Of a stretch of DNA of 64,000 nucleotides, positions 52,020 to 61,084 are shown piece by piece. Every line of letters begins with the position of its first letter. The first letter of the stretch is position 1. Source of the DNA: an uncultured bacterium (GTDB taxonomy: Bacteria > Patescibacteriota > Minisyncoccia > UBA6257 > 2-01-FULL-56-20); contig CAVRXN010000002.1 in the NCBI GenBank assembly GCA_963725235.1, positions 378,902 through 442,901 of the forward strand, written 5' to 3'. The notes beneath the pieces are model-generated. The model was not told the origin of the DNA, searched no databases, and saw nothing but the letters and a program-made list of their open reading frames with translations. The position numbers and the translations under genes were made by a program.

Positions 52020-52042
52020 TTGCTACTCTATTCCGCCTATGG

Positions 52043-52057
52043 TAAAATAGTTCCATG
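52043..52057 (+). promoter_or_regulatory. -10 box abutting the start codon (TAAAAT-N6-ATG)
   Basis: Hexamer at 52043-52048, ATG at 52055. Confidence 0.4.
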
Positions 52058-52261
52058 GCGAAAAATTGGGTCACCGTTTGCCTCGGTTTTTGGCTGATTA
52101 TCTCGCCATGGATTCTCGGCTTTGCCGAAATCTCGGTCGCGAAGTGGAGCAATGTGCTGATCGGGCTCATGCTGATCATAATAAGCGTATGGGGAATTTC
52201 TGGAAGCACTGCCGTGGATACGGAAAAAGGTCGGGGAGAGCAATCGAAGATTAAAAAATAA
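52055..52261 (+). CDS. SPW-repeat small membrane protein
   Basis: NWVTVCLGFWLIISPWILGF carries the signature SPW. Confidence 0.6.
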   Translation: MAKNWVTVCLGFWLIISPWILGFAEISVAKWSNVLIGLMLIIISVWGISGSTAVDTEKGRGEQSKIKK

Positions 52262-52273
52262 TTAAATTAATAT

Positions 52274-52522
52274 ATGCATAAAGTTATCATTTATACCACC
52301 CCATCCTGCGTTTATTGCAAGATGACAAAAGATTTTTTTGCGAAAAATAATGTCCAGTATGAAGAGAAAAATGTAGCCACCGACATGCAGGCTCGCGAGG
52401 ACATGCTCGAAAAGTCCCAGCAGCTTGGCGTTCCGGTCATCGAAGTCGACGACACGATCATTATCGGTTTCGATAAAAAGAACTTGGAAACGGCGCTCGG
52501 ATTAGGCGCAGCGGCGAAATAG
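52274..52522 (+). CDS. Glutaredoxin-like protein
   Basis: VIIYTTPSCVYCK (CxxC), GVPVIEV and 82 aa. Confidence 0.9.
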   Translation: MHKVIIYTTPSCVYCKMTKDFFAKNNVQYEEKNVATDMQAREDMLEKSQQLGVPVIEVDDTIIIGFDKKNLETALGLGAAAK

Positions 52523-52561
52523 ATTGATGTGTGCGGCAATTTCATATAATTTTAACGAGCT

Positions 52562-53506
52562 ATGTACGACCTCATTATCATCGGCGGCGGACCCGGCGGC
52601 GTTGCTGCCGGTGTTTACGCTGCCCGGAAAAAGATTAAAACATTATTAATAACCGACACCTTCGGCGGCCAATCTTTGGTTTCGAACGATATCCAAAACT
52701 GGATCGGCACGAAATCGATTTCTGGTTTTGATCTTGGGAAATCGCTCGAGGAACATTTGCGCGCGCAAGAAGGAATCGAGATCGTTGATGGTGAACTCGT
52801 AGTAAGCATTTCAAAAAAAGATAACGCTGGCGCGGCGAGCAGTTTCACCATAACAACCAACGGCGGAAAAACATTTGATACAAAATATATTCTTTTAACG
52901 TCCGGTTCACGCCGGAAGCGGCTTGGCGTACCCGGTGAAGACCAGTTCGACGGCAAAGGCGTCGTGTTTTGCACGACCTGCGATGCGCCTTTGTTCGGCG
53001 GCAAAACCGTTGTCGTTGTCGGTGGTGGAAACTCGGCGCTCGAGGGCATCCTCGACCTGATCCCGTACGCAACGAAAATCTATTTAATGGTTCGCTCCGA
53101 GGTTTTGCGCGGCGATCCGACAACGCAGGAAAAAATAAAATCGCATCCGCAAGTCGAAATTTTATGGAACAGCGCGATCGAAGAGATAAAAGGGGATAAG
53201 CTCGTAACGGGAATCCGTTATAAAGATTCGAAAGCGAACGGCGGCGCAGGCGAGTCAAAAGATCTCCCACTCGACGGCGTCTTCGTCGAAATCGGCCTCA
53301 TCCCAAACTCCGATTTCGTCAAAGATCTCGTGAAGCTCGACGATTATGGTCATATCGCTGTCGACCATAAAACCCAAGCAACCTCGCAACCCGGCATCTG
53401 GGCCGCCGGCGACGTAAGCGATGTTTTATATGACCAGAACAATATTTCGGTCGGCGACTCGATCAAAGCCGTGCTCAATATCTATGATCAGTTGAAAAAG
53501 ACCTGA
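52562..53506 (+). CDS. trxB: Thioredoxin-disulfide reductase
   Basis: IIIGGGPGG, redox-active CTTCDA, VVGGGNSALE and GIWAAGD. Confidence 0.9.
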   Translation: MYDLIIIGGGPGGVAAGVYAARKKIKTLLITDTFGGQSLVSNDIQNWIGTKSISGFDLGKSLEEHLRAQEGIEIVDGELVVSISKKDNAGAASSFTITTNGGKTFDTKYILLTSGSRRKRLGVPGEDQFDGKGVVFCTTCDAPLFGGKTVVVVGGGNSALEGILDLIPYATKIYLMVRSEVLRGDPTTQEKIKSHPQVEILWNSAIEEIKGDKLVTGIRYKDSKANGGAGESKDLPLDGVFVEIGLIPNSDFVKDLVKLDDYGHIAVDHKTQATSQPGIWAAGDVSDVLYDQNNISVGDSIKAVLNIYDQLKKT

Positions 53507-53634
53507 AATCGCCGACAAATTTTACATTTTTGCCCATTTTTTGCCCAAAGATTAAAAAAATATTAAATGATTTTTGACGTTAGTTCTTGATGTGTTTACA
53601 CTAAAAGAAAAGTCGTAAAAAGTTATAAATAATA

Positions 53635-53649
53635 TATAATAAGAATATG
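53635..53649 (+). promoter_or_regulatory. -10 box abutting the start codon (TATAAT-N6-ATG)
   Basis: Hexamer at 53635-53640, ATG at 53647. Confidence 0.4.
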
Positions 53650-54015
53650 GAAAACCAAGGTGTAACACTCGAAAAATTGGGCGAGGGAATCGAAAAACTA
53701 AATAAACGGTTTGATAAGGTTGATAAACGTTTTGACAGTATGGAAAACAACGTTAATAAGCGATTTGATAAATTAACCACAGCTTTTGGGTCGCTGGAAG
53801 TCGATATGATTGATGTAAAAACAGATCTTGCGGGGATGGATAAGAAATATGATGGTGCATTTGAGAAGCTCGATAAATTCCTTGGACGGCTGACAGATCA
53901 GGAATCCGAGTCAACGCTCCTGAAAAATGAGCAGAGCGTCATAAAAACAGCCCTAAATCATAAGCTTGGCTTGAATATCGACTCTCCAGAATTCCGTTGG
54001 GGTGCGAAAGATTAA
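53647..54015 (+). CDS. Coiled-coil protein with KRFDK repeats, hypothetical
   Basis: LNKRFDKVDKRFDSMENNVNKRFDKL. Lies in a low-GC stretch. Confidence 0.5.
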   Translation: MENQGVTLEKLGEGIEKLNKRFDKVDKRFDSMENNVNKRFDKLTTAFGSLEVDMIDVKTDLAGMDKKYDGAFEKLDKFLGRLTDQESESTLLKNEQSVIKTALNHKLGLNIDSPEFRWGAKD

Positions 54016-54149
54016 AAAATCATTAAAAAGTTTTTGGCAGATGGTAATCGACCTCTCTATGCTGAATAGAAAGGTCGATTTCGCGTCCTACTCTGCGAAA
54101 ATTGCGGCAAATACATCAAACGTATAACTTTATTTCGCCACGATGGATA

Positions 54150-54188
54150 TAAAAAGAACCGGGGCGATGCGATATGCGTCGCGCCCGG
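54150..54188 (-). terminator. Rho-independent terminator
   Basis: CCGGGCGCGA..TCGCCCCGG stem with one bulge, followed on the minus strand by TTCTTTTTAT. Confidence 0.6.
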
Positions 54189-54198
54189 CTTGTTTCTC

Positions 54199-54477
54199 TT
54201 ACGAAGCACCAAGAGTGCCCAATTGAACTTGTAGTGCCTTAATAGTTTCTCTAACAATCTTTACTGCCTCACGAGTACAGGTCAATCCAGGCTTCAGCTC
54301 CTCTAGCTCCTCTAAAACGGCGACCCGCTCTTCTTCTGGGATTACCATTTCTCGCAAAAGATAACAGCATGCGTGGATCTCTCCGGTTGCACAACCAACG
54401 GCGTAATCCGTGAGATAATCTCGACCGCAGACTTTTCGCAAACAATCTAGCGCGGCTCGATATGGTACTGAGGGCAT
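54199..54477 (-). CDS. Small Cys-rich hypothetical protein (92 aa)
   Basis: GGAGG lies 8 nt upstream of the ATG and a terminator lies downstream. Seven Cys. Confidence 0.5.
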   Translation of the reverse strand: MPSVPYRAALDCLRKVCGRDYLTDYAVGCATGEIHACCYLLREMVIPEEERVAVLEELEELKPGLTCTREAVKIVRETIKALQVQLGTLGAS

Positions 54478-54528
54478 TTGGAATACCTCCGCTTAATAAT
54501 TTGCATCAAGAATTTTCATTTGTCAATA

Positions 54529-54556
54529 TTGACTCGAAAACTATTTCGGTTACAAT
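54529..54556 (+). promoter_or_regulatory. groESL promoter TTGACT-N16-TACAAT
   Basis: Hexamers at 54529-54534 and 54551-54556. Confidence 0.65.
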
Positions 54557-54561
54557 TCTCA

Positions 54562-54588
54562 TTGGCACTCCGCGGTCGTGAGTGCCAA
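54562..54588 (+). promoter_or_regulatory. CIRCE operator (HrcA binding site)
   Basis: TTGGCACTC-N9-GAGTGCCAA compared with the consensus TTAGCACTC-N9-GAGTGCTAA, 5 nt after the -10 box. Confidence 0.85.
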
Positions 54589-54634
54589 ATTGCCGGCAAC
54601 GGCAGTTTTAATAAAAATTAAATCAATAAAATAA

Positions 54635-54925
54635 ATGGCATTTAAACCATTATCGAATCATGTGTTCATCGAAGCGCTCGAGGAAGAAAAAACAACGAAG
54701 AGCGGCATTGTTTTGCCAGATAGCGCCGAAAGGAAGAAGCCGATAAAAGGAAAAGTGCTCGCGGTCGGCCCGGGCAAGATACAAGAAAATGGGACAGTCA
54801 GACCGATGGCGGTGAAAATCGGCGACCAGGTGCTTTTTAAAAAATATGGTCCGGATGAAATTGAGATCGACGGGAAGAAATATTTGGTTGGCGACGAAGA
54901 CGACATTTTGGCAATTATTTCATAA
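54635..54925 (+). CDS. groES: Co-chaperonin GroES
   Basis: KPLSNHVFIE...TKSGIVLPDSA...GKVLAVGPG, 96 aa. Confidence 0.95.
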   Translation: MAFKPLSNHVFIEALEEEKTTKSGIVLPDSAERKKPIKGKVLAVGPGKIQENGTVRPMAVKIGDQVLFKKYGPDEIEIDGKKYLVGDEDDILAIIS

Positions 54926-54955
54926 TTTTTTAATCAAGCGTAACAAACCACCACT

Positions 54956-56596
54956 ATGGCAAAACAGATTAAATTCAACGAAGACGCACGCTCGGCGATC
55001 AAGCGCGGCATCGATAAACTGGCTCAGGCGGTCATCATGACGCTCGGACCGCGCGGCCGGGCGGTTGTCATCGAAAAGGGCTATGGCGCGCCTCAGGTGA
55101 CGTTTGACGGGGTTACGGTCGCGAAGGAGATCGAATTCGAGGACAAATGGGAGAATGTCGGCGCGGAATTCATCAAACAGGCAGCCGACAAGACGAACGA
55201 CGTCGCGGGCGACGGCACGACGACAGCAACGGTTTTGGCGCACGCGATGATCGACGAGGGCGAAAAAGTGATCCGAGAAAAAGGTTTTAACGTCATCCAA
55301 CTCGCGGAGGAATTGAAAAAAGCGGGCGCGTCGGTTGTTAAAGCGCTCGAAGCCCAGCGTGAGGTCATTAACGACAATCGCAAAATAAAAGAAGTTGCAA
55401 CGTTGTCGGCAAAGGATGAAGAGATCGGCGCGCTAATCGCAACGGTCATGGAAAAAATTGGCAAGGAAGGCGTCGTAACCGTCGAGGACTCGAACACGAT
55501 CGGCAACTCATTCGAAGTCGTCGAAGGCATGCAGTTCGACCGCGGCTACACGTCACAATATATGGTGACGAACCAAGACCGGATGGAAGCCGTGCTCGAA
55601 GATCCGTATATCCTCGTAACCGACAAAAAGATCTCGTCAATCCAGGACATTTTGCAATTGTTGGAAAAGATCGTTGCAAGCGGTAAAAAAGAATTGTTGA
55701 TCGTTGCCGAGGAAGTTGAAGGGGAAGCGTTAACGACGTTGGTGTTAAATAAACTGCGCGGCGTGTTCAACGTCCTTGCGGTCAAAGCGCCGGGCTTCGG
55801 CGATCGCCGGAAAGAAATGTTGCAGGACATCGCAATCGTTACGGGTGGAACCTTTATTACCGAAGAGCTCGGCAAAAAACTTGAGACCGCAGAAATCGAA
55901 GATCTCGGCCGCGCACATCGTGTTGTTTCGAACAAAGATACGACAACGATCGTCGGAGGTAAGGGTGAGAAAAAAGACATCGATGCACGCATTGCCGCGA
56001 TCAAGGCGCAGATAAAGAAAACGGAATCCGATTTCGACAAAGAGAAATTACAGGAGCGCTTGGGCAAACTTTCCGGTGGCGTCGCTGTCATTAAAGTGGG
56101 CGCCCCGACCGAGTCGGCGCAGAAGGAATTGAAACAGCGCGTCGAAGACGCGGTTGCCGCAACCCGCGCCGCGATGGAAGAAGGTATCGTCCCGGGCGGC
56201 GGCATCGCGTTGTTTAACGTCATCATGGATCCCGCGATCAAGCTCGATCCTGCCATCGTCCGCATTCTTGGCCGCGCTTTGCAGGCACCGATCCGCGCGA
56301 TCGTCGAGAATAGCGGTGAGTCACCGGATCGCGTCGTTGCCGAGCTCCAGACGCGTAAGAACACGCCGTGGATCGGCTTCAACGCCGTCACGAACAAGAT
56401 GGCCGACCTCAAAGAAGCCGGCATCATCGACCCGTTGAAGGTTACGAAGATGGCGTTTACGAATGCTTTATCCGTCGCGGCCAACTACTTAACAATCGGC
56501 GCGGCGATAACGAATGTTCCGGAAAAGAAAACCGCCTCGGGTGGAGGCGGAATGGGGGGCGGCATGCCGGGCATGATGGGAGGGGAGGATTATTAA
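54956..56596 (+). CDS. groEL: Chaperonin GroEL
   Basis: AKQIKFNEDAR, DGTTTATVLA and a C-terminal GGM-type tail (GGGGMGGGMPGMMGG). Confidence 0.98.
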   Translation: MAKQIKFNEDARSAIKRGIDKLAQAVIMTLGPRGRAVVIEKGYGAPQVTFDGVTVAKEIEFEDKWENVGAEFIKQAADKTNDVAGDGTTTATVLAHAMIDEGEKVIREKGFNVIQLAEELKKAGASVVKALEAQREVINDNRKIKEVATLSAKDEEIGALIATVMEKIGKEGVVTVEDSNTIGNSFEVVEGMQFDRGYTSQYMVTNQDRMEAVLEDPYILVTDKKISSIQDILQLLEKIVASGKKELLIVAEEVEGEALTTLVLNKLRGVFNVLAVKAPGFGDRRKEMLQDIAIVTGGTFITEELGKKLETAEIEDLGRAHRVVSNKDTTTIVGGKGEKKDIDARIAAIKAQIKKTESDFDKEKLQERLGKLSGGVAVIKVGAPTESAQKELKQRVEDAVAATRAAMEEGIVPGGGIALFNVIMDPAIKLDPAIVRILGRALQAPIRAIVENSGESPDRVVAELQTRKNTPWIGFNAVTNKMADLKEAGIIDPLKVTKMAFTNALSVAANYLTIGAAITNVPEKKTASGGGGMGGGMPGMMGGEDY

Positions 56597-57847
56597 CTAC
56601 TCATACCTCAGCGCCTCTATCGGACTTTTCCGCGCCGCCTGTCGCGCAGGATAAATCCCGAACACAATACCGGTAACCGAAGAAACAAGCACGGCAATAA
56701 TGACCGCGGACAACGGGAATTCGAACGCCCACGCGGCGACGGCGAAAATCTTCGCGACTAAGAGATAAGTGAGCGCAACAAAGAACGCACCGATCGCGAT
56801 ACCGATGATGCCGCCGATGAACGTCAGCGCGACGGATTCGACAAGAAATTGTTGGAGGATATCGTTATCGGTGGCGCCGACAGCTTTGCGCAAACCGATT
56901 TCACGCGTGCGCTCGATGACTGAGACAAGCATGATGTTCATGATGCCAATGCCGCCGACGACCAACGAAATCGACGCGATGGCCGCGAGGAAGATCGTCA
57001 AAACAGAAGTTATATTGCCGAGGAGCGAAAGGATGTCGGCTTCGGTTTCGATCGTGAAATCATATTGGTTCGGGTCGGTGATGCCATGGTCTTGAGCGAG
57101 GACGGACGTTATACGATCCTGTACGAAGGTGATATCGTAGCTCGGATTTGCCTGTACTTCCATCATCTGAAAATATGTAATGCCAAGCATCTGGCTTTGC
57201 GCAACCGTTATCGGAATGAGCGCGAGGTCATCCTCATTCACGCCGCCAGGCCCGGTTCCTTTCGGTTCGAGGACGCCGACGACGCGAAAGTCGACGTTCG
57301 CCAACCGGATCGTTTGGCCGACCGGATCGCTATTGGCGCCGAACAGTGTTGTCGCCAAATCGGAGCCGATGACTACAACGTGATTCAAGGAATCGACGTC
57401 GTTCTGCGTAAACGGATAACCCTGTGTCACGCCAAAGTTTTGAACCGGGAAAATGTTCGCGGTCGCGCCTTCGTAGGTGACGATCAAACTGTTGTCGCCA
57501 TAGATGGCGTTGCCCTGGCCGCGCACGATCGGAACGACAGCGCTGACGGACGGTTCGCGGGCGAGCGCATCGGCGTCCTGCTGGTTGAGCGTCGTGATGA
57601 CAATGCCTTGCGCCGAAGCCGGCGATGAGAATTTTCCATTCGTCGTTCCGCCCGGAATGATGAAAATAAGGTTCGAGCCGACGCCTTCGACTTGATTCAA
57701 AATATATTGTTGTGCCGACGCACCGATGGACATCAAAATGATGACCGACGAGATGCCGATCACGATGCCGAGCATGGTTAACAAAGAACGCGTTTTGCCG
57801 TGCTTGAGCGTCGCTCGTGAAGATTTAATTAAATCGTTGAATCGCAT
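56597..57847 (-). CDS. MacB-type (FtsX family) ABC transporter permease
   Basis: N-terminal TM helix (SLLTMLGIVIGISSVI), a large extracytoplasmic domain, and a C-terminal 3-TM FtsX bundle with REIGLRKAVGA. Confidence 0.9.
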   Translation of the reverse strand: MRFNDLIKSSRATLKHGKTRSLLTMLGIVIGISSVIILMSIGASAQQYILNQVEGVGSNLIFIIPGGTTNGKFSSPASAQGIVITTLNQQDADALAREPSVSAVVPIVRGQGNAIYGDNSLIVTYEGATANIFPVQNFGVTQGYPFTQNDVDSLNHVVVIGSDLATTLFGANSDPVGQTIRLANVDFRVVGVLEPKGTGPGGVNEDDLALIPITVAQSQMLGITYFQMMEVQANPSYDITFVQDRITSVLAQDHGITDPNQYDFTIETEADILSLLGNITSVLTIFLAAIASISLVVGGIGIMNIMLVSVIERTREIGLRKAVGATDNDILQQFLVESVALTFIGGIIGIAIGAFFVALTYLLVAKIFAVAAWAFEFPLSAVIIAVLVSSVTGIVFGIYPARQAARKSPIEALRYE

Positions 57848-57863
57848 CGTGATCGTTTAATAA

Positions 57864-58574
57864 TTATTTAATAAACTCATCCGTAGAATGACGGGGGTTC
57901 GCGACTGGCCGGTCACTTTCAATCAACCCGTCGCGCAACGTAAGAATGCGGTCCGCAAACTCGGCGGTGTTGGTTTCGTGGGTAACGAGGATAATCGTGT
58001 GGCCGTGATGATTCAGGCCATCGAGGATCGCCATAACCTGCGCGCCGGATTTAGAATCGAGATTGCCGGTCGGTTCATCCGCGAAAATGATGTTCGGCTT
58101 GTTAACGAGCGCACGCGCGATCGCAATACGCTGCTTCTGGCCACCGGATAACTTCGCCGTCTCGACGTATAATTTTTCCGAGAGGCCGACCGAAGCGACG
58201 GAGTCTTCGATAAGTTTTTTTCGCGCCGCCGGTTCGACATCGGAGTAAATCAGGGGAATCTCGACATTCTCGTAAACTGTTAAACGGGATAGTAAATTGA
58301 ATGATTGGAATACGAATCCCATCTCTTTATTGCGGACATGGGCGAGCTCAACGTCAGACATCTGGTCGATGCCTTTGCCGTTAAATTTATAGGTGCCACC
58401 GGTCGGCCGGTCGAGAAAGCTTAAAATCTGCAACAAGGTCGATTTTCCAGAACCCGAAGGGCCAATAATCGAAACGAAATCGCCTTTGTTGATTGTGAAA
58501 GAGACGCCGCGGAGCGCGGACGTTACTTCGCCTTCTTCGTCGTAATCTTTTTTAAGTCCTTTAAGTTCAAGCAT
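57864..58574 (-). CDS. ABC transporter ATP-binding protein (MacB/LolD-type)
   Basis: GPSGSGKST, LSGGQKQR and IFADEPTGNLD. Confidence 0.9.
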   Translation of the reverse strand: MLELKGLKKDYDEEGEVTSALRGVSFTINKGDFVSIIGPSGSGKSTLLQILSFLDRPTGGTYKFNGKGIDQMSDVELAHVRNKEMGFVFQSFNLLSRLTVYENVEIPLIYSDVEPAARKKLIEDSVASVGLSEKLYVETAKLSGGQKQRIAIARALVNKPNIIFADEPTGNLDSKSGAQVMAILDGLNHHGHTIILVTHETNTAEFADRILTLRDGLIESDRPVANPRHSTDEFIK

Positions 58575-58592
58575 GGAGACATTCCGGGGCAG

Positions 58593-60152
58593 CTATTGCG
58601 CTTTTAATCCGATGTTAATAACTTGTTCACCGGCGGTAACTCCGGAAGTAATCTCCGCATTGCCATTATTATCCTGGATGCCAAGCGTGACCGGAATCTG
58701 CGTTTCGGCGCCATTCTGCAATACGGCGACGAACGTTCCGCTCGCGTTCTGGATAATCGCGTACTGCGGCAAAATCAAGGCGTTCTGGTCGGTTTGCGTA
58801 TCGATCGTAAGGTTCGCCGTTAATCCACTTTTAATATTCGCGGCACTCGCTGCGGTCGAAGTCGGCGTATCCATCGAAACCTTAATTAAATAATCAACGA
58901 CGCCACCGATGTCCGTCTGTGCGGGATCAATATAAAATACTTTCCCGCTAAAGGTCTGGCCGGGAAACGCGTCGTACGCTATCGAAACCGGATTGCCGAT
59001 TGCAACCTTGCCGATATCGGTTTCCGGAACATCCGCATCGACTTCCAAATTATTGCTCGAGATAACCGATGTCATCGTTTGCCCGGCGACCGCGATCTCG
59101 CCAACTTTTGCATTCTGGACCGTCACGACGCCCGCGATGGGGGAGACGAGTGCGGCCTGATTTATCTCAACCTGGATTTGCTGGGCGCTCGCCTGCGCCT
59201 GCGCGACAGCCGCTTGCTGGGCCGCAATATCCTGCGACGTCGAACCAGCGAGCGTAACATTTAACGATGCCTGCGCCTGCGCGATCGCCGCCTGATCCGA
59301 GGCGATAGCTTGTTGCGCGCCACTGACGGAACCAGCCGAATCCTCGACTTCGCCAATCGCCGTCGAAATATCATTCTTATACGTAGCCGCAGTCGCCGCC
59401 GGCAAACTGATCGCATCATTCGTCGCCACCGAATCCGTTTCGAGTAACGTTTCAATAACCGTCAGATGGTTGGTCGCGTCGATTAATGACTGCGCAAGCG
59501 ACGATGTCGAAATATTCGGAGTAAAATTCATAATCTCGGCTTGCCATGCGTTCAATTCACCACTCGCGCTCACCCGTTCGAACTCCGCATTGTTCAAGAC
59601 CTGCGAATCACTGACCGAGAACGTGAGCTGCGGATTGCTGGACTCCGGATTGGCATAAAAAGCTGAGAGTTGGTTGCGGACGGCATCATTGGCTTTTGCG
59701 AGTGCCGCCGTCACCGTATCTTCAACGCTGCCATATTCGTTAGCCAGCGATTGCTGTGCCGAAGCCAGCGCCGTTTGCGAAACCTGGATATTTTGCGGCG
59801 TCGGCCCCGCTTGCAAACCTTCGAGCTTCGCCTGTTCCGCTTGGACATTAGCCTGCGCCTGCGCGAGCTGGGCATGCAAGCTGCTCGTGTCGAGGACGGC
59901 TAAGGTATCGCCGGGCGCAACCGTATCGCCCGCGTTTCTATAGACCGCAGCAATCGTGCCGCCGCTCTGGAACGCGAGATCCAAACTGTTGACCGGCGTC
60001 GTATTGCCCGTGACATCGACGGTTTCGGTAATCGATCCTTGGGTCACGGTAACAAACTGATACTGGCTGCCACGATTCTTGGCGGCGGAAAAAATAATGA
60101 TGCCGACGACAGCCACGATACAGACAAGAACGATAATTGTTTTGCGTTTCAT
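58593..60152 (-). CDS. Membrane-fusion (HlyD/MacA/YknX-type) periplasmic adaptor with a very long coiled-coil hairpin
   Basis: N-terminal anchor, a lipoyl-like GDTVAPGDTLAVLD, ~250 aa of A/Q-rich coiled coil, then beta-barrel and MP domains. Confidence 0.8.
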   Translation of the reverse strand: MKRKTIIVLVCIVAVVGIIIFSAAKNRGSQYQFVTVTQGSITETVDVTGNTTPVNSLDLAFQSGGTIAAVYRNAGDTVAPGDTLAVLDTSSLHAQLAQAQANVQAEQAKLEGLQAGPTPQNIQVSQTALASAQQSLANEYGSVEDTVTAALAKANDAVRNQLSAFYANPESSNPQLTFSVSDSQVLNNAEFERVSASGELNAWQAEIMNFTPNISTSSLAQSLIDATNHLTVIETLLETDSVATNDAISLPAATAATYKNDISTAIGEVEDSAGSVSGAQQAIASDQAAIAQAQASLNVTLAGSTSQDIAAQQAAVAQAQASAQQIQVEINQAALVSPIAGVVTVQNAKVGEIAVAGQTMTSVISSNNLEVDADVPETDIGKVAIGNPVSIAYDAFPGQTFSGKVFYIDPAQTDIGGVVDYLIKVSMDTPTSTAASAANIKSGLTANLTIDTQTDQNALILPQYAIIQNASGTFVAVLQNGAETQIPVTLGIQDNNGNAEITSGVTAGEQVINIGLKAQ

Positions 60153-60199
60153 TGTATTATTCAGTATAGCACGGATATCTGCTATCCACAGGCAACACG

Positions 60200-60227
60200 T
60201 TGACAGCAGATGGTTAACTGATAGAAT
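60200..60227 (+). promoter_or_regulatory. Promoter TTGACA-N16-TAGAAT for the ABC-2 operon
   Basis: Hexamers at 60200-60205 and 60222-60227. Confidence 0.6.
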
Positions 60228-60250
60228 AGTTAAGTAACTTAATAATTATT

Positions 60251-61057
60251 ATGGAAAACATCATAGAAGTCAAACAGTTGGTCAAGAAGTTCGGAGATTT
60301 CACGGCGGTCGACGATATCTCGTTTTCGGTTAAACCGGGCGAGATTTTCGCGTTTCTCGGGCCAAACGGCGCCGGGAAATCGACGACCATCAAGATGCTG
60401 ACGACGCTGTTGCATCCGACGACCGGTTCGATCGTCCTGAATGGTGCGAATGTCGTCGAAAATCCCGAAGAGGTCCGGCGCTCGTTTGGTATCGTGTTCC
60501 AGGATCCGAGCTTGGACGACGAACTGACCGCAAAAGAAAATATGGAGTTCCACGGAGTGTTATACAATGTCCCGGCAAAACTTCGTCACGAACGCGTCGA
60601 GCAGCTGATGAAATTTGTCGAACTCTGGGATCGGCGCGATAGTTTGGTGAAAGAATTTTCCGGCGGCATGAAACGGCGGCTCGAGATCGCGCGCGGCCTA
60701 TTGCATCATCCGAAAGTAATTTTCCTCGACGAGCCAACACTCGGCCTCGATCCGCAGACACGCAACCATATGTGGAGCTATTTGCAGGAATTAAATAAAA
60801 ACGAAGGCGTCACGGTCTTCTTTACGACGCATTATATGGAAGAAGCCGCACGCATCGCCCAGCGGATCGCAATCATCGACCATGGCAAGATTATCGCTTC
60901 AGGCACGGCGCAGGAATTAATGGCAAAAACCGGCAAGTCGTCGCTCGAAGATGCGTTCCTCGAATTGACGGGGAGTGAGATTCGGGATGAAGATGCGAGC
61001 TCGGCGGACCACATGCGCCAGGCGGGTAAAATGTTCCGTGGAACTGGTCGCCGCTAG
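60251..61057 (+). CDS. ABC-2-type transporter ATP-binding protein (DrrA-like)
   Basis: GPNGAGKST, FSGGMKRR and IFLDEPTLGLD. Confidence 0.9.
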   Translation: MENIIEVKQLVKKFGDFTAVDDISFSVKPGEIFAFLGPNGAGKSTTIKMLTTLLHPTTGSIVLNGANVVENPEEVRRSFGIVFQDPSLDDELTAKENMEFHGVLYNVPAKLRHERVEQLMKFVELWDRRDSLVKEFSGGMKRRLEIARGLLHHPKVIFLDEPTLGLDPQTRNHMWSYLQELNKNEGVTVFFTTHYMEEAARIAQRIAIIDHGKIIASGTAQELMAKTGKSSLEDAFLELTGSEIRDEDASSADHMRQAGKMFRGTGRR

Positions 61058-61069
61058 CGCAAAAATATT

Positions 61070-61084
61070 TATTAAAAAATCATG
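61070..61084 (+). promoter_or_regulatory. -10-like box abutting the start codon (TATTAA-N6-ATG)
   Basis: Hexamer at 61070-61075, ATG at 61082. It could equally be an internal operon junction. Confidence 0.3.

Noticed and set aside
60182-60190. A single DnaA-box-like 9-mer, CTATCCACA, upstream of the ABC-2 operon promoter
   Set aside because: It is one imperfect box with no partners, which is expected by chance in 64 kb.
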